This document shows positions 13,891-26,618 of a stretch of 64,000 bases of DNA, piece by piece (position 1 is the stretch's first letter; each line of letters starts with the position of its first letter). A program made the translations under genes and the position numbers. Origin of the DNA: the human T2T-CHM13v2.0 reference genome, Homo sapiens; assembly GCF_009914755.1 (NCBI RefSeq), contig NC_060930.1; one strand, 5' to 3'. Below the pieces are notes generated by a model, which saw only the letters and a list, made by a program, of their open reading frames with translations, did not search any database and was not told the DNA's origin.

Positions 13891-14254
13891 AACTATACTG
13901 GTTATATAAATATCACATTTACTGAAATGCTTGCAAGTGCATGTAGATATGTACATATATTTTAAAATAACTATTTTAAATAGTATCTTGTTATATTCAC
14001 ATTTTAAAATGTAGCAAAGATAAAGTTAATAGCTGATATGTACTGGAAGTAAATTGATAAATTATTTATAATCCCAGTTTATTAAATTTTGTATTCAAAG
14101 TCATTTTGACAATATTATTATGGTATCATTATATACGAACAATGACTTAAAAAATAATGAAACTGATATTAATGAAATGCCATTGCATATGTTCTTAGAA
14201 GATTTAATATCATATTTGTGCTTTAACATTTTTGCAAGAAAAAGGTAAAAGAAC

Positions 14255-14395
14255 GAGAACCTGGTATTAGGGTGTATACTCTGATATTGACTAAGCTTTA
14301 TATTGCTCTGTTTATCCATCTATAAAATAGGAAACATGATATGTTCTATTTGCAGCACTAGAATGTTAATGAAGTTTAGTGAATCAATATATCGG
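14255..14395 (+). mobile_element. MIR fragment
   Basis: Core-like 'ctctgtttatccatctataaaataggaaacatgat'. Confidence 0.55.
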
Positions 14396-14564
14396 TCAAT
14401 TACTCCGGGTAAACAATTTGGTTGTGAAGAATCACTGCAGAATACAAGTTAGAGATATATGATGTAGAACAGGCCTTATCGAGAATAGAGTATGTTTCAG
14501 TGAGCTTGTAAATTGCCCCATTAGGTACTAGATTTTTACTTTTTCCAGTTTATTGACACTAAAT

Positions 14565-14700
14565 AATCTTCAAAAGTGGACAGGGGACATTTGTCAATGT
14601 CTATTTGTATCTTGCAGTTGCAACTAAATAGGCATAGTGAATGCATCAACTGGGCATTTCATATGTGTGAGCCCATGTGATGGTATATAGGATACTGGGA
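14565..14700 (+). mobile_element. Possible MER20-like hAT fragment
   Basis: 'caggggacatttgtcaatgtct...gttgcaact' weakly matches MER20. Confidence 0.3.
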
Positions 14701-15141
14701 AGAGTTGGGCCATTTGTGATGAATTCAATTGAATTTATTCCACACAAATGGACTACGAATAGCTGAAGGTACCCTACCTCCCATACCCCAACCCATAGAG
14801 TAAGCCTGAATCAACTGTTTTCAAAATATGATGTAACAATTACTCTTCATATGTTTTATGTGAATGTGACAATTTGCAATAGATGAAAGCAACTATGCCT
14901 TATAAACACCATTGTTTTCTCCTTTAATGGGCAAGGATTTTTTAAAGCATTTTGATACCTTTATTCTCCTCCTGCAAGCTGTAATTAGTCTCTGCAAAAC
15001 TTTATAGGAATTGTTTCAAGGTTTTGGTAACTTTTTTTTAAATTTTATGAACCATTTGCTGATCATAGAACAATAATTTGTAAATGATTTTCTTAAAATG
15101 AGCAAGTCAAATGAGTAAATAAGAAAATCTCTAATATTTCT

Positions 15142-15468
15142 GGCCAGGTGCAGTGGGTCACATCTGTAATCCCAGCAAATTGTGAGGCTGAGGCAGGACA
15201 ATTACTTGAGCCCAGGAATTCGAGACCAGCCTGGAAAACATAGTGAGACCCCCATCTCTCCAAAAAAAAAAAAAAAAAATAGCCAGGCGAGGTGATGTTT
15301 GCTCCCATAGTCCTAGCTCTTCTAGAAGTTAACGTAGGAGGATCACTTAAGCCCAGGAACTCCAAAATTCTAGACTGTAGTGAGCTGTGATTGCACCACT
15401 GCTCTCCAGCCTGGGCAACAGAGCAAGACCCTGTCTCAAAAACAAAGAATGAAAAAATAAAATAAAAT
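15142..15468 (+). mobile_element. AluJ (Jo/Jr-like), full length
   Basis: J-type diagnostics 'ttgagcccaggaattcgagaccagcctgg', 'ggaggatcacttaagcccagg' and 'gagcaagaccctgtctc'. A-rich linker and tail. Confidence 0.92.
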
Positions 15469-15475
15469 ACCAATA

Positions 15476-15770
15476 TTTATTTTTGAAAAATCATTTAAGT
15501 TCAGGGTACAAGTGTACTTTTGTTACATATTTAAACTTGTGTCACGGGGGATTGTTGTAGAGATTATTTCATCAACCAGCTATAAAACCTAGTATCCATT
15601 AGTTGTTTTTTCTGATCCTCTCCTTTCTTCTACCATCCAGCCTCCAATAGGCCCCAGTGCGTGTTGTTCCCCTCTATGTGTTCTCATCATTTAGATCCCA
15701 CTTGTAAGTGAGAAGATGTGATATTTGGTTTTCTGTTCCTTTCTTATTTTTCTAAGGATAATGGCTTCTA
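15476..15770 (-). mobile_element. L1PA11-14-type 3' end fragment
   Basis: 'aagttcagggtacaagtg...aaacttgtgtcacgggggattgttgtagagattatttcatc...ataggccccagtgcgtgttgttcccctc'. Confidence 0.85.
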
Positions 15771-16911
15771 TGAGTGTGGTTAGAGCAATCAATTTTGAAT
15801 AAAAAGGCCACTTAGGCTTCTCTCCTGTGCTACTTTAGTATTTTTTTTTATTAATGAGTAGTCCATAAGCAGATTTATCAGAATATGCTTTTTGCAGGTT
15901 CATTACTGTCACATACTTAATGAATAGATATCTAGACATATAAGATACTTAATCTTACCTTGAAAGACCTTCCTTAAGAAATGTCAACCTTATTCCCCAG
16001 TTTGTGCTGAAGATTATGCCTTAGTAGGCATATAACTGAAAGAGTCCAAATCTGACTTCTCCTGCCAGAATTCTTTTCTGGAGCTGGACTCTTGTTTTAT
16101 AACAGGAGTTGGTGGTTGATAGTCCCTTTGCTGACAGGAGATAAAATATGAGACCAAAAGCTTTGCCACTTCTGAGTACACTTAGATAACATGCACAATA
16201 TCCATCTTTCCCCAAGGAAACAAGCACTGGCAGCTGATATGATCCGATCTTCTGCTTTATTCCTGTAAAGAGATAAAACAATCCTAACATTTCTGCATGA
16301 ACTAACAAGCTTTCTCTCTGCCTTTCACATCCCATTGCCTGACTTAATGGTCATAAACTGGAATACTGTCAGTTAGTTTGTGTAATTCTACACTATTTAT
16401 CTTTAGAACTTGACATTTTACATAAATATATCTATTTATGTTACAAATAAATATTTCAGTAAAATATTTTCTGATTTTAAAAATGTGTATCATATCACTT
16501 AAATTGCACATACCATTACTCGTAGTTCAAATCCATATAATTAAATGCAAAGTCCTGATGGTTGTCATGATGCATACCTGCTAAATTCCAGGAATTTGGC
16601 ATATCAAAACTATTTTTAAGATCCAGGCTGATAGAGATATAATGCTTATATGCTGATGCATTTGTTACTTGAAAATGTGTTAATTAGATGGCAGAACCAC
16701 GAGTAAATCAAAACTCTAGATTGCAGTCATTTAAGTAAGGGTCAGCAATGGGTCTAAATATTTCATTTTTGCATTTTTTTCTGTTAATAATTCAGCTGGA
16801 ATTAATATTATGCAAGAATTCTTTTACAAGTAGTAATGTAGTTTAGTTTATATTATCCTCTTGAGCATTTTACTCCCAAGTAACCTACTGATCATAGTCA
16901 CCTTGTGGAAC

Positions 16912-17161
16912 TGATTTCCAGATAATATATTGTATAGAAATAACTGTCCTCGCCAGTAGAAAACTGAAAATATCTTATTATAATTTATTAATCTCCATTT
17001 ATGAAATAAGTGGCATCACATAAACCATAGCAGAAAAAAAAATTTAACCCTTCAATGGTAATTTCTAGATGCTATACTTAGGCTTTTTAATCACTCTTGC
17101 TTGATTTGGCTATGTTGAACATACAATTTTTTTAAAGTCTTGCTTGTTATAATGTATATAC
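16912..17161 (+). repeat. ~250-bp dispersed direct repeat, copy 1
   Basis: Colinear similarity to 19367-19603, including an identical 23-mer tcttgcttgatttggctatgttg (17095-17117 and 19537-19559). Confidence 0.9.
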
Positions 17162-19366
17162 AGTTAAGTTTACCTCTTTCAGGTATGATATTCTATGAAT
17201 TTTGGAAAACAGTTAAAGTCATACAATTGCCATCACAATCAAAATACAAATTAGTTCCAACACTCCAAAGTTTGCTAGTGACCCTTCATAGTAAATCCTA
17301 TGACTTGAACTCTGACCTGGTGATCACTGATCTACTTTCTATCCCTGCAGTTTCACTGTTCTAGAAGACCATACAAATAAAATTAAAAACATACAGCCTT
17401 TGTAGTTTGTCTGTCTTAAAAGAGCATAATGCATTTGTGATTCATCCAAATATCAGTAGTTTTTTCCTTTGAATTGCTGAGTGGTATCTCAATGTGTGAA
17501 TGCATACCCATTGGTTTATCCATTTACTTGTTCAAGAGAATTTGAAATGTCACAAGTCTTTGGTATTTATTAATAAAACCACTATAAATGTCCAAATATA
17601 AGACTGTGCATGGACATACACATCATACATATTTGGTTAATACTTACAAGAGTCATATTGCTAAAGTGTAAAGACTTATTTAATTTTTTATTCAAAACAA
17701 AGCCCAATCTTTACTTCATACCTTAAACATGAGATACAAGACAAATAGAACATATAAATAAATGAAAGAAAATATACAAAAATATTTTATGATCTTTGAA
17801 TTGGAAGAATTCCTAAATATAACTGTCACTGGAGAAACCACAAATAATGGATTTACAGGTATGATATTTAACTTTTTAATAAATTGACAAACTACTTTCC
17901 AAAGTGGTTATACCATGTCAGTTTTTACCAGCAATGATAAGAGCTACAATTTTTTCTCATTCTAAACAGCACTTGGCATTTTAGGTTTTCTGGATTTTTT
18001 TTGGAGTTGTTGTTTAATTTAATGACTCTAATAACTATGTAAAAGTAAATTAACGAGGTTTTAATGAACATTTTTATAGGGATCAATAATGATGAGCATT
18101 AGTTCCTGTGCTTATATGCCATCTATATATCTTCTTTGGTGAAATGTCTATTCAAATGGTTTGCAACCTTTAAATTTTTTTTAATTCTCATAACTGAGTT
18201 GTAAACATATCTGTATGTATGTGTACAGTTATTCTTATTATATACAAATTACAATATAAAGAAGTGTTTTGTGTGCATTTTCTTCTTGTCTCTGGTTTCT
18301 TTTTTCATATGCTTCACCATAGTTTAAAGAGCAGAATTTTTAAATGTTGAAATCTAAACTATCATTTTTTTGTTTGTTTTATGATTCATGCTTATTTCAT
18401 TTTATCTAAGAAATATTTATCTATCCCAAGATCACAAATATTCTCTCTCATATTTTTTCTAAACATTTTGTGGGTTTAAGTTTTACATTCAGGTCTATCA
18501 TCTACTTTGAATGAATTTTGGTGCACATATATTAAGAAGTTATGTATTCAGGCTATTATTTTGGGGGAGGAGGACATATGGATATACAAATATTTTACTA
18601 CTACTGCTGAAAAGCCAACTTTTCTCCTTTTAATACATTTTCTCCTTGTTCTAGCTCCTTTGTTGAAAGTGAATTGACCTTATATATGTGAGTCTGTTTC
18701 TGGACTCTGTTCTGTACTATTAAACTACATGCTTATACTTTCTGAAATACAATTTTGTTCACTGTAGCTATGAAGTGTGTCATAAAAGCATGTGGTCTGT
18801 AAGGGTAGACTAGGGCTATCTATTCCTACAACAAAAAATCCTGCTAGAATTTCGAATGGGATTATATATCTGTAAATCAATTTGGAGAAAATTGTTATTT
18901 AACAATATTAAATTTTGTGATACATGAAACCGGTGTATCTCTAGCATTTACTTAGTTCATTTTTGATGTTTTTTCTCATCAATGTTTTAGAATTTCAAGC
19001 ATGAAAATTCTGTACATATTTTGTTATAATTATACGTAAGTATTCCATATAGTTAGTACTATTATAAATGGTAATTATAGTTTTAATTGAAAAATATTTG
19101 AAAAAATAAAACATATTTTGTATATGAATTTTGTATCTTGAAACTCTATAAATACAATTTTTATTAATAGATTTTTTAATAGATTTTTTCAGGGATTTCT
19201 ATACAGACAACCATATCTTCTGAGAATAAAGGTGGGTTTATGTCCTATTGTACCATCTGTATGCTTTCTATTTCTTTTATTCTTTTTTTGCTTTGGCACT
19301 GTGTAAAAACTCTATACAATGTTAAACAGATGTGGTAAAAGTGGATATACTTGACTTTTTCTGGCT

Positions 19367-19603
19367 TGATTTTTCAAGCAATATATTGTATCGAAATAAC
19401 TGCCATCCCCAGTAGAAAAACTGGAAATATCTTACAATTTGAAAATCTATGTGTATGTAACACGTGGTATCACATAAACCTTAACATAACCCTTCAATGC
19501 TAATTTCCAGATACTATAATTTACCTTTTTAATCATTCTTGCTTGATTTGGCTATGTTGTACATACTATTTTTTTTAAGTCAGGCTTGTTTTAATGTATA
19601 TAC
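19367..19603 (+). repeat. ~240-bp dispersed direct repeat, copy 2 (inserted within L1 ORF2)
   Basis: Matches copy 1. L1 ORF2 resumes in register on both sides. Confidence 0.9.
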
Positions 19604-19991
19604 TTCTTGCTGTTAGCTGAATAGCGTTTATCATTTTATCATTAAGCATGATAGAATAACATAAGATGCAGGATTATCTTAGATATCCTTTACCAGATTG
19701 TGACACTTCACTTTGATTCTTAATTTGCCTAGAGAATCTTTTTATATGTACCTTAAATTTTGTCAAATGCTTCCTTTGCATCTGTTAAGATAATTATATG
19801 TGTTTCTTTAGTCTGTTGATATGGTTAAATAGTTTCCTTTTTGAATGTTTAACCATACATTTCCAGAATGAAGCCCATTTAATCTTAATCATCATGTATC
19901 ATATTTTTAGTATATTAGTGAATTTAACTTTCTAATATTTCATTGTGTATGGCTGAACATACATTCATAAAATAATGGTATTACATATAGT

Positions 19992-20034
19992 TCTCTCTCT
20001 CTCACTCTGTCTCGCTGTCTCTCTCTTTCTCTCT
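19992..20034. repeat. (CT)n degenerate microsatellite
   Basis: Seen directly. Confidence 0.85.
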
Positions 20035-22014
20035 GATTTTTGTACGAGAGTGATGCTGGCCTCATAAAATGAGTGTTCTCTCCTCTTCTACTTTCTGCAA
20101 CAGTTCGTGTGTAATTGTTTCAATTTATTCCTTGAGTATTTGACCGAATTCACCACTGAAGCCAATTGGCCATAAAGTTTTCTTTGCGGGAATATTGTAA
20201 ACTAACAATTCAGTTTTTAAAATAAATATATTACTATTAAGATTATTTATTTTTCAGTGAGATTTGCTCATTTTGTCTTTCAAGGGATCTGTTCACTTTT
20301 TTGAAGTTGTCTAATTTATTGGTGTAAAGTTAGGCACAAATATTTCTCCTTCTTTTAATATTCATAATGTTTATAGTGATGTCCTCTCTTTATCACCGAT
20401 GCTGGTAATTTGTCTTCTTTTTTCTTCCTTATCAATCTAGTTATATGTTTATCAGTATTAATGTTTTTATGTATACGTTTTTGGTTGCATTGCTTTTCTC
20501 TATTGTTTTTCTGTTTTCAAATTCATTGATTTCACTCTTAGTTTTATTTCTTTCCTTTTGTTTGTTTTGGTTTTAATTTGCTCTATTTTTCTAGTTTCTT
20601 AAAATTTTAGCTATTGATTCACAACCTTCTTTCTATTCTAATATAAGCTTTTAATGTTATAAATTTCATTTTAAGTGTTGTTTTACTTGTGGAGCCACAA
20701 CTTTGGGTATGTTGCGCTTTCATTTTAATGCAAGCTATTTTCTAATTTTCACAGTGAGTCCATTCTTGACTCAAAGGCTATTTAGAGATTTCTTTTGAGA
20801 GACATAGTGCATTCTCTTTCATTCTGGGCCTACCTACCTAATTATTCCTCAGCTTCAGTAGTGCAGTTTTCTCAGCATTACTGTCCCCCTTTGTCATGAA
20901 AGATAAATTCTGCCTTGTAACAATGGTGAGTCTTGTGCAAGTGAAATTTCCTGCCACTCTCCAAGAGGGAGGAGACCTCTAATGGTAATAGATAGGCTCT
21001 CAAGGGGTCAGTACTGTTTCCTACTCCATCCTAGGTTTAGAGGATTATTCCTTCCTATTCTCGCAACAAAATGCGTCTTTACCTGAGCCGTGGGTGTGAC
21101 ATGTGCCCTTTATTAGGTTGATTAAGGGCTTAGAGCCATTAGAGAAGATTCTGAACATGGAATTAGGGATTCATGCCTTTTCATCATTAATTTCTGCTTT
21201 GTCTCAATTGCCGATGTATCATCTTTCTAGTGTGTCTCCTCGGCACTCTGCAGAGGTCATGGAAAAGAACCTCGTAGTGACTGGGCTCTTGTGTCTGTTC
21301 CCTGCCATACCCCTAGGTGACTTTCATACTAGCCCACAATCTGCTTATACCAGTTTGTTAAAATGTTAACTAATTTTTATTTACCTGCTTGTATGGCAGT
21401 GGAATATCTTCCTATATTCATCAAAAGTATGACAGTGTGCATGTGTCATCTCTCTTTGAGAAGAGGGAGTCTCTCTTTTTATTTTTTTAGAAGCTTAATT
21501 AGAATGAAACCACAGCTCTTTGATGGTTTGAAGAAAACTTATGCTTTTGTCATTTATTCAAGCTATACTGATTGTTAAGGAGAGAGTGATGCTCTGTCTA
21601 AAATTTTACATGCTAGGCAGAAGATACTATTACCATTATTATCATCAACTTTCAAATTTACATGGCACATAATCCAAATTAACAATTTGTGATATGGCTA
21701 TCTTTTCTTTATTTTTCCAAATGCTAAGAATTATTGTGAACTCAATATGAAATTTAAATAAAGAACAACTAGATTATTATTTTGTTTAACTTCAAATAAC
21801 ATTCTAACTCTGGTTAATATTTCTTACTTATTCATCAAAATTGTGAAGATTTATTGAACCAGAAAATATTATTTAATACACTAAAATTATTAAATAAGTT
21901 AAAATTTTATATTTTAAATATTGTCCATTTGATTTTCTTTTTCATTTATTCAATAAATCTTAATGTATTAACAAAAATATTACTTCTAAATACAGAAAGA
22001 ATAATTAAAGGATT

Positions 22015-22884
22015 TTTTTATTATTATTATACTTTAAGTTTTAGGGTACATGTGCACCACATGCAGGTTTGTTACATATGTATACATGTGCCATGTTGGT
22101 TTGCTGCACCCATTAACTCGTCATTTTGCATTAGGTATATCTCCTAATGTTATCCCTCCCCACTCCCCCCACCCCACAACAGGCCCTGGTGTGTGATGTT
22201 CCCCTACCTGTGTCCATGTGTTCTCATTGATCAATTCCCACCTATGAGTGAGAACATGCGGTGTTTGGTTTTTTGTCCTTGCGATAGTTTGCTGAGAATG
22301 ATGGTTTCCAATTTCATCCATGTCCCTACAAAGGACATGAACTCATCCTTTTTTATGGCTGCATAGTATTCCATGGTGTATATGTACCACATTTTCTTAA
22401 TCCAGTCCATCATTGTTGGACGTTGCTATTGTGAATAGTGCCGCAATAAACATACGTGTTCATGTCTCTTTATGGCAGCATGATTTATAATCCTTTGGGT
22501 GTTTACCCAGTAATGGGATGGCTGGGTCAAGTGGTATTTCTAGTTCTAGATCCCTGAGGGATCGCCACACCGACCTCCACAATGGTTGAACTAGTTTACA
22601 GTCCCACCAACAGTGTAAAAGTGTTCTTATTTCTCCACATCCTCTCCAGCACCTGTTGTTTCCTGACTTTTTAATGATCGCCATTCTAACTGGTGTGAGA
22701 TGATGGTATCTCACTGTGGTTTTGATTTGCATTTCTCTGATGGCCAGTGCCCTCGGAAATAATGCCGCATATCTACAACTATCTGATCTTTGACAAACCT
22801 GACAAAAAGAAGAAATGGGGAAAGGATTCCCTATTTAATAAATGGTGCTGGGAAAACAGGCTAGCCATATGTAGAAAGCTGAAA
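22015..22884 (-). mobile_element. Young L1PA (L1PA4/5-like), 5'-truncated, with 5' inversion
   Basis: Antisense 3' UTR and ORF2 end at 22015-22749 (ORF track gives '[22 protein letters not shown]'). Opposite-strand ORF2 piece at 22750-22884. TSD (aa)ttaaaggatt at 22003-22014 and 22883-22894. Confidence 0.95.
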
Positions 22885-22989
22885 TTAAAGGATTATTTAT
22901 AACATATTGCATAATAAATTGTTTCACATTGAGAGGGTATTGAAAAAACAACAGATACTTCTAACTAAAAAATAGGACCTGTTTTTATT

Positions 22990-23166
22990 ACTAGTAATTA
23001 TGGTCTGTGAACCACAATCCATAGATTAAAACCCTGACTTTATTTTGCACAGCTTTCAGCTGGAAATGATTTTTACATTTACAATATTATAAAACTAAAA
23101 AACAAAACAAAGAAGAACATGAGGCAAAGACTGTACGAAGCCCTTTACAAAACATTGCCGACCCCT
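22990..23166 (+). mobile_element. MER3-like hAT-Charlie MITE
   Basis: 'aatgatttttacattt...agaagaacatgaggcaaagactgta...gccctttacaaaacattgccgacccct'. Confidence 0.65.
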
Positions 23167-23263
23167 TATATAAAAAGAAATACTTCTCTGAGCTATATAG
23201 TTGTTAATGTTATTACTCAAAATTTATAACGTATATGAACATTAACAAGCATTTTCAGGATAT

Positions 23264-23502
23264 CTAGCATAAAGGTTAGGAGGGCAAGAACTGGATTAAA
23301 ATTGTCTGAATAAAAATCTTTCTACCATTTATTTGTTGATTGGTTTTCTAAAATGGTTTAGCTGTCATTTGCTATAATTTTCTCATCCGCGCAATGAGGT
23401 GAATAATATTAATGCCTCATTATTTAATTGTAAAAATTAATGAATTATTGTAGATAAAGCATTTGGCATTAGTTCCTAGCAATATTAAGTGTTAAATATG
23501 TA
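23264..23502 (+). mobile_element. MIR, near full length, diverged
   Basis: 'ttttctcatccgcgcaatgaggtgaataatatt...taaagcatttggcattagttcctagca...taagtgtt'. Confidence 0.7.
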
Positions 23503-23669
23503 TTTAATAAATTAAGGGAGAAAACAAATTTTAAATTTTAGCAATGACAAAAATGTGCAGCATAGAAAAATTAATCACAAAAATAGAGATAAAAAGAACC
23601 ATATATTAATAGTATATATTTAAGAAAACATATCAATTACTTATATACTGCTTTACCACTTTTGCAATA

Positions 23670-23772
23670 ATGAAAATTACATGAGGCCAGAGATTCTTAT
23701 CACATATTTTTACTTCCAAGTGTAGTGCCCAACAAACAGAAGATGTTTAATATACTTGTGTTTTTAAATAAA
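23670..23772 (+). mobile_element. L2 3' terminal fragment
   Basis: 'catgaggccagagatt...agtgcccaacaaacagaagatgtttaatatacttg'. Confidence 0.5.
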
Positions 23773-25239
23773 ATTATAGAAATTTGATAGTCATATATAA
23801 ATACTAATAGAAATATACACATATATAAATATTAATATATATACACATACATAAATATACATGTATATGTAAAATGAAACTTTGATAAATAGATTAAATA
23901 AAAGACTTCAGTATTAGGAGTGTTTTAAACCTGAAAAGGTGAGTTAAATAGAAAAAGAAATAGTATAACTATGCCTGGCAGGAAAAAAAAGTCCATAGAT
24001 CACCACATCATGCATTATGGCTTAGGTACCGACTTTTAGTAGTTCTGGCATAGGAAACAATAAGGATGCAAGTGTGAAATAAGACTGATAATGTCAGTAG
24101 TGTAGACTATGTAGTTTTATGAGACATATTAAATATGTTTGGTCTTGATCAATACTTAGTGATAAGTTGATGGGGAAATTTCGTTGGTCAAAAAGATGTG
24201 TCACTTTGGGAGGAGATACCTAAAAATTGTATACATCACTATATATATATATACTTTGAAATTTGTCAGATTAATTTTTATGGAACTGATATCAATTTTG
24301 AAATCACTTCCAAATTGTATTGTGTTTGGGTCATAAAAATAGATGACTTCATATATCTGAGAAAATTCATTATCTAAAACTCATGTTCTCTGATAACAAT
24401 AATAAAGTTTAGAAAACTGATTAGCAAGTAAGATATTGAAATCTAATTTTCTAGCATGCATTTTGTTCTGGAGACAATTTAGATGATTGAGTTATATGTT
24501 TCATAGAACTAGTTCCTTACCTTTGCTGGAAATAAAGTCTTTTACCCTTTGGAGATTAGAGGTCTATGATTTTAAATTTTTTATTATGGTCAAGATAGAT
24601 CTGGTTTATAGGAGTAAAGGATAAACATTTAATTCTTTGCGGGGGAAAAATCAGTGAGCTTCCTTCAATAAACCTTTGTGAGGGACCTAAATGAGAACTT
24701 AAATGAGAGAAGGGTGTGGTAATTGCTTTTAATGTGTGCCAAATTGAGGAGTAGGCACATTAACTAAAACTATGTTTTTGGAAAAAGGCCACTGAGTAGA
24801 AAGGAGGCTATGGTTAATAGTCAATGGCAACAGTAACTGAACAGGTTCCCCGGAAGACTCTGCATATTAGCCTATTCCCTTTGCTAGTCTCTGAGACTGC
24901 CTGTGACATTCTCATGTTTCATTTCTGGGGTTTGTAAAATAAAAAGAAATCATTCTGGAACTAAAATTCAGGAGAACATTTTCTATACAACATTGCAGTC
25001 AGTCTGAACTAAAAAGTCAATTTGCTTTTGCAATTTCATTTATTAAATATTAAAAGAAAATTGTCTGCAATTAGAAGGGTTTTTATTCCTCAAGAGAAAA
25101 CACTATTGAATACATGTGATAAAAGCATTAATGTAACATGTCTCTTGAATTTGATTAGGGTTTGATATTTTTGTCCACTTTGGGAGATTATTTTAGCCTG
25201 CTATGATTTTGGCATGCAAAGGTAAATAATTTCAGAACA

Positions 25240-25335
25240 TTTTCTTCCCTTTTCCTTCTGTTTCCCCTTTTCTTCACATCCTCCTTCCCTGTTCCCTTTC
25301 TTCCTTTTCTCTCTTCTTTTCTTTTTTTTGTTTTG
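25240..25335. repeat. Polypyrimidine low-complexity tract
   Basis: Seen directly. Confidence 0.8.
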
Positions 25336-25732
25336 CATGCTCATGCAAACATCTAATATCTTGTTAGTTTCAAATGTCTTATGTGACAGCGGGATTAATA
25401 CAGATAGGCGGAATAAGAATGAGCCTCAGACAATTTTTTTTTTTACGTGTCTGGCCTAGTTTTTCAATGTCATGTCAAATAGTATTTTGTGGTTGTTCAA
25501 TAGAATGATGAAAATTTGATGAAACTTTAAAGTGGTAATGTTTATCAAACATAAAAGATGAGATAAAGACATGTACAAATACATTTACCAAAAAGGTAAT
25601 TTAAAAATAGAAAGTCAGAAAATACAGCCACTGTGGAAAAATGTATGGAGGTTCCTAAACAAATAAAAAATGGAAGTGCCATTTGATCCAATAATTCCAC
25701 TATGGGGTATATATCTAAAAGAAAGGAAATCA

Positions 25733-26618
25733 CCAGATTCCTTTCAGGTCAGTTCTGCTGGTGCTGGCCTTGAGCTCATGGTGATAGTGGTGCAACCTTG
25801 AAACTGACCAAATCCATTTCATTTTAAGGACGATCAAAATACTAGGAAGCTTTTGTACAAACCCCAAAATGTAAATAAAATATACTGTGGAGGCAGATAA
25901 TATCTAACTTGTTTATTATATATTGCAATTAAATCCTGTTTATAGAATGCAAATATTATAGCAGAAAATGCCCAAAATTATTTAAGAATTTTACGATAAG
26001 TTAATATCACCTGTTGTCTTAGTCTGTTCTCATGCTGCTATGAAGAAATAACCAAGTCTGGGTAATTTATAAAGGAAAGAAGTTTAATTGACTCACAGTT
26101 CAGTATGGCCCGGGAGGCCTCAGGAAGCTTCCAATCATGGCAGAAGGCAAAGGGGAAGCAAGGCACCTTCTTCATAGGGCGGCAGGATGTAGTGAGTGCA
26201 GGCAAGGGAAATGCCAGGTGTTTATAAAACCATCAGATCTCCTGAGACTCGCTCACTCTCAGGAGAACAGCATGGGGGAAACCACCCCCGTGAATTGATG
26301 ACACGCCCTTGTCATATGGGGATTATGGCGATTACAATTCAATATGAGATTTTGGGTGGGGACACAGCCAAACCATAATATCTGACATCTATCTTTTAAT
26401 TTTCCACAGGTAATTTTATACACAAAGATTAGTTATTGTTTAAGATAAGTCTCTTCCTTTAATTCAATATTAAGGAATCTGTTGTGATTCCTGTCTGTGT
26501 TTATTTCCCTCTGAGAGAGAGGGAGGAAGAAGGAAGATTGGAAGGGATGGGGTTGGGGACAGAAGCAATGATTTGCTGATAAACTGACTAAAATAAAAGC
26601 AATCTAATTTGTAAAAAA
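25733..26618 (+). pseudogene. Unidentified polyadenylated retro-insertion (processed transcript 3' end or orphan transduction)
   Basis: Non-L1 sequence interrupts a colinear L1. AATAAA at 26592-26597, A-run starting 15 nt later, and a degenerate TSD ending aaatca on both sides. Confidence 0.65.
26015..26380 (-). mobile_element. THE1D-like solo LTR
   Basis: 'tgtcttagtctgttctcatgctgctatgaag...gggaggcctcaggaagcttccaatcatggcagaagg...gggtggggacacagccaaaccata'. Confidence 0.92.

Larger units (their letters stand above)
17126..21625 (-). mobile_element. Old L1 (L1MB8/L1MD-like): 3' end, ORF2 and probable 5' end, internally deleted and interrupted
   Basis: 3' UTR from ~17126. Antisense ORF2 motifs ('ttctttggtgaaatgtctattcaaat', 'gatgctggcctcataaaatgagt') run to ~20800. 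A 5'-end-like 'ttttacatgctaggcagaag' lies at ~21605-21622. The 20800-21625 part is less certain. Confidence 0.75.

Noticed and set aside
16021-16335. 104-aa ORF in unique sequence, with three AGATAA motifs in the same interval
   Set aside because: No recognisable homology or coding signature. Such ORFs and GATA hexamers are expected by chance in AT-rich DNA.
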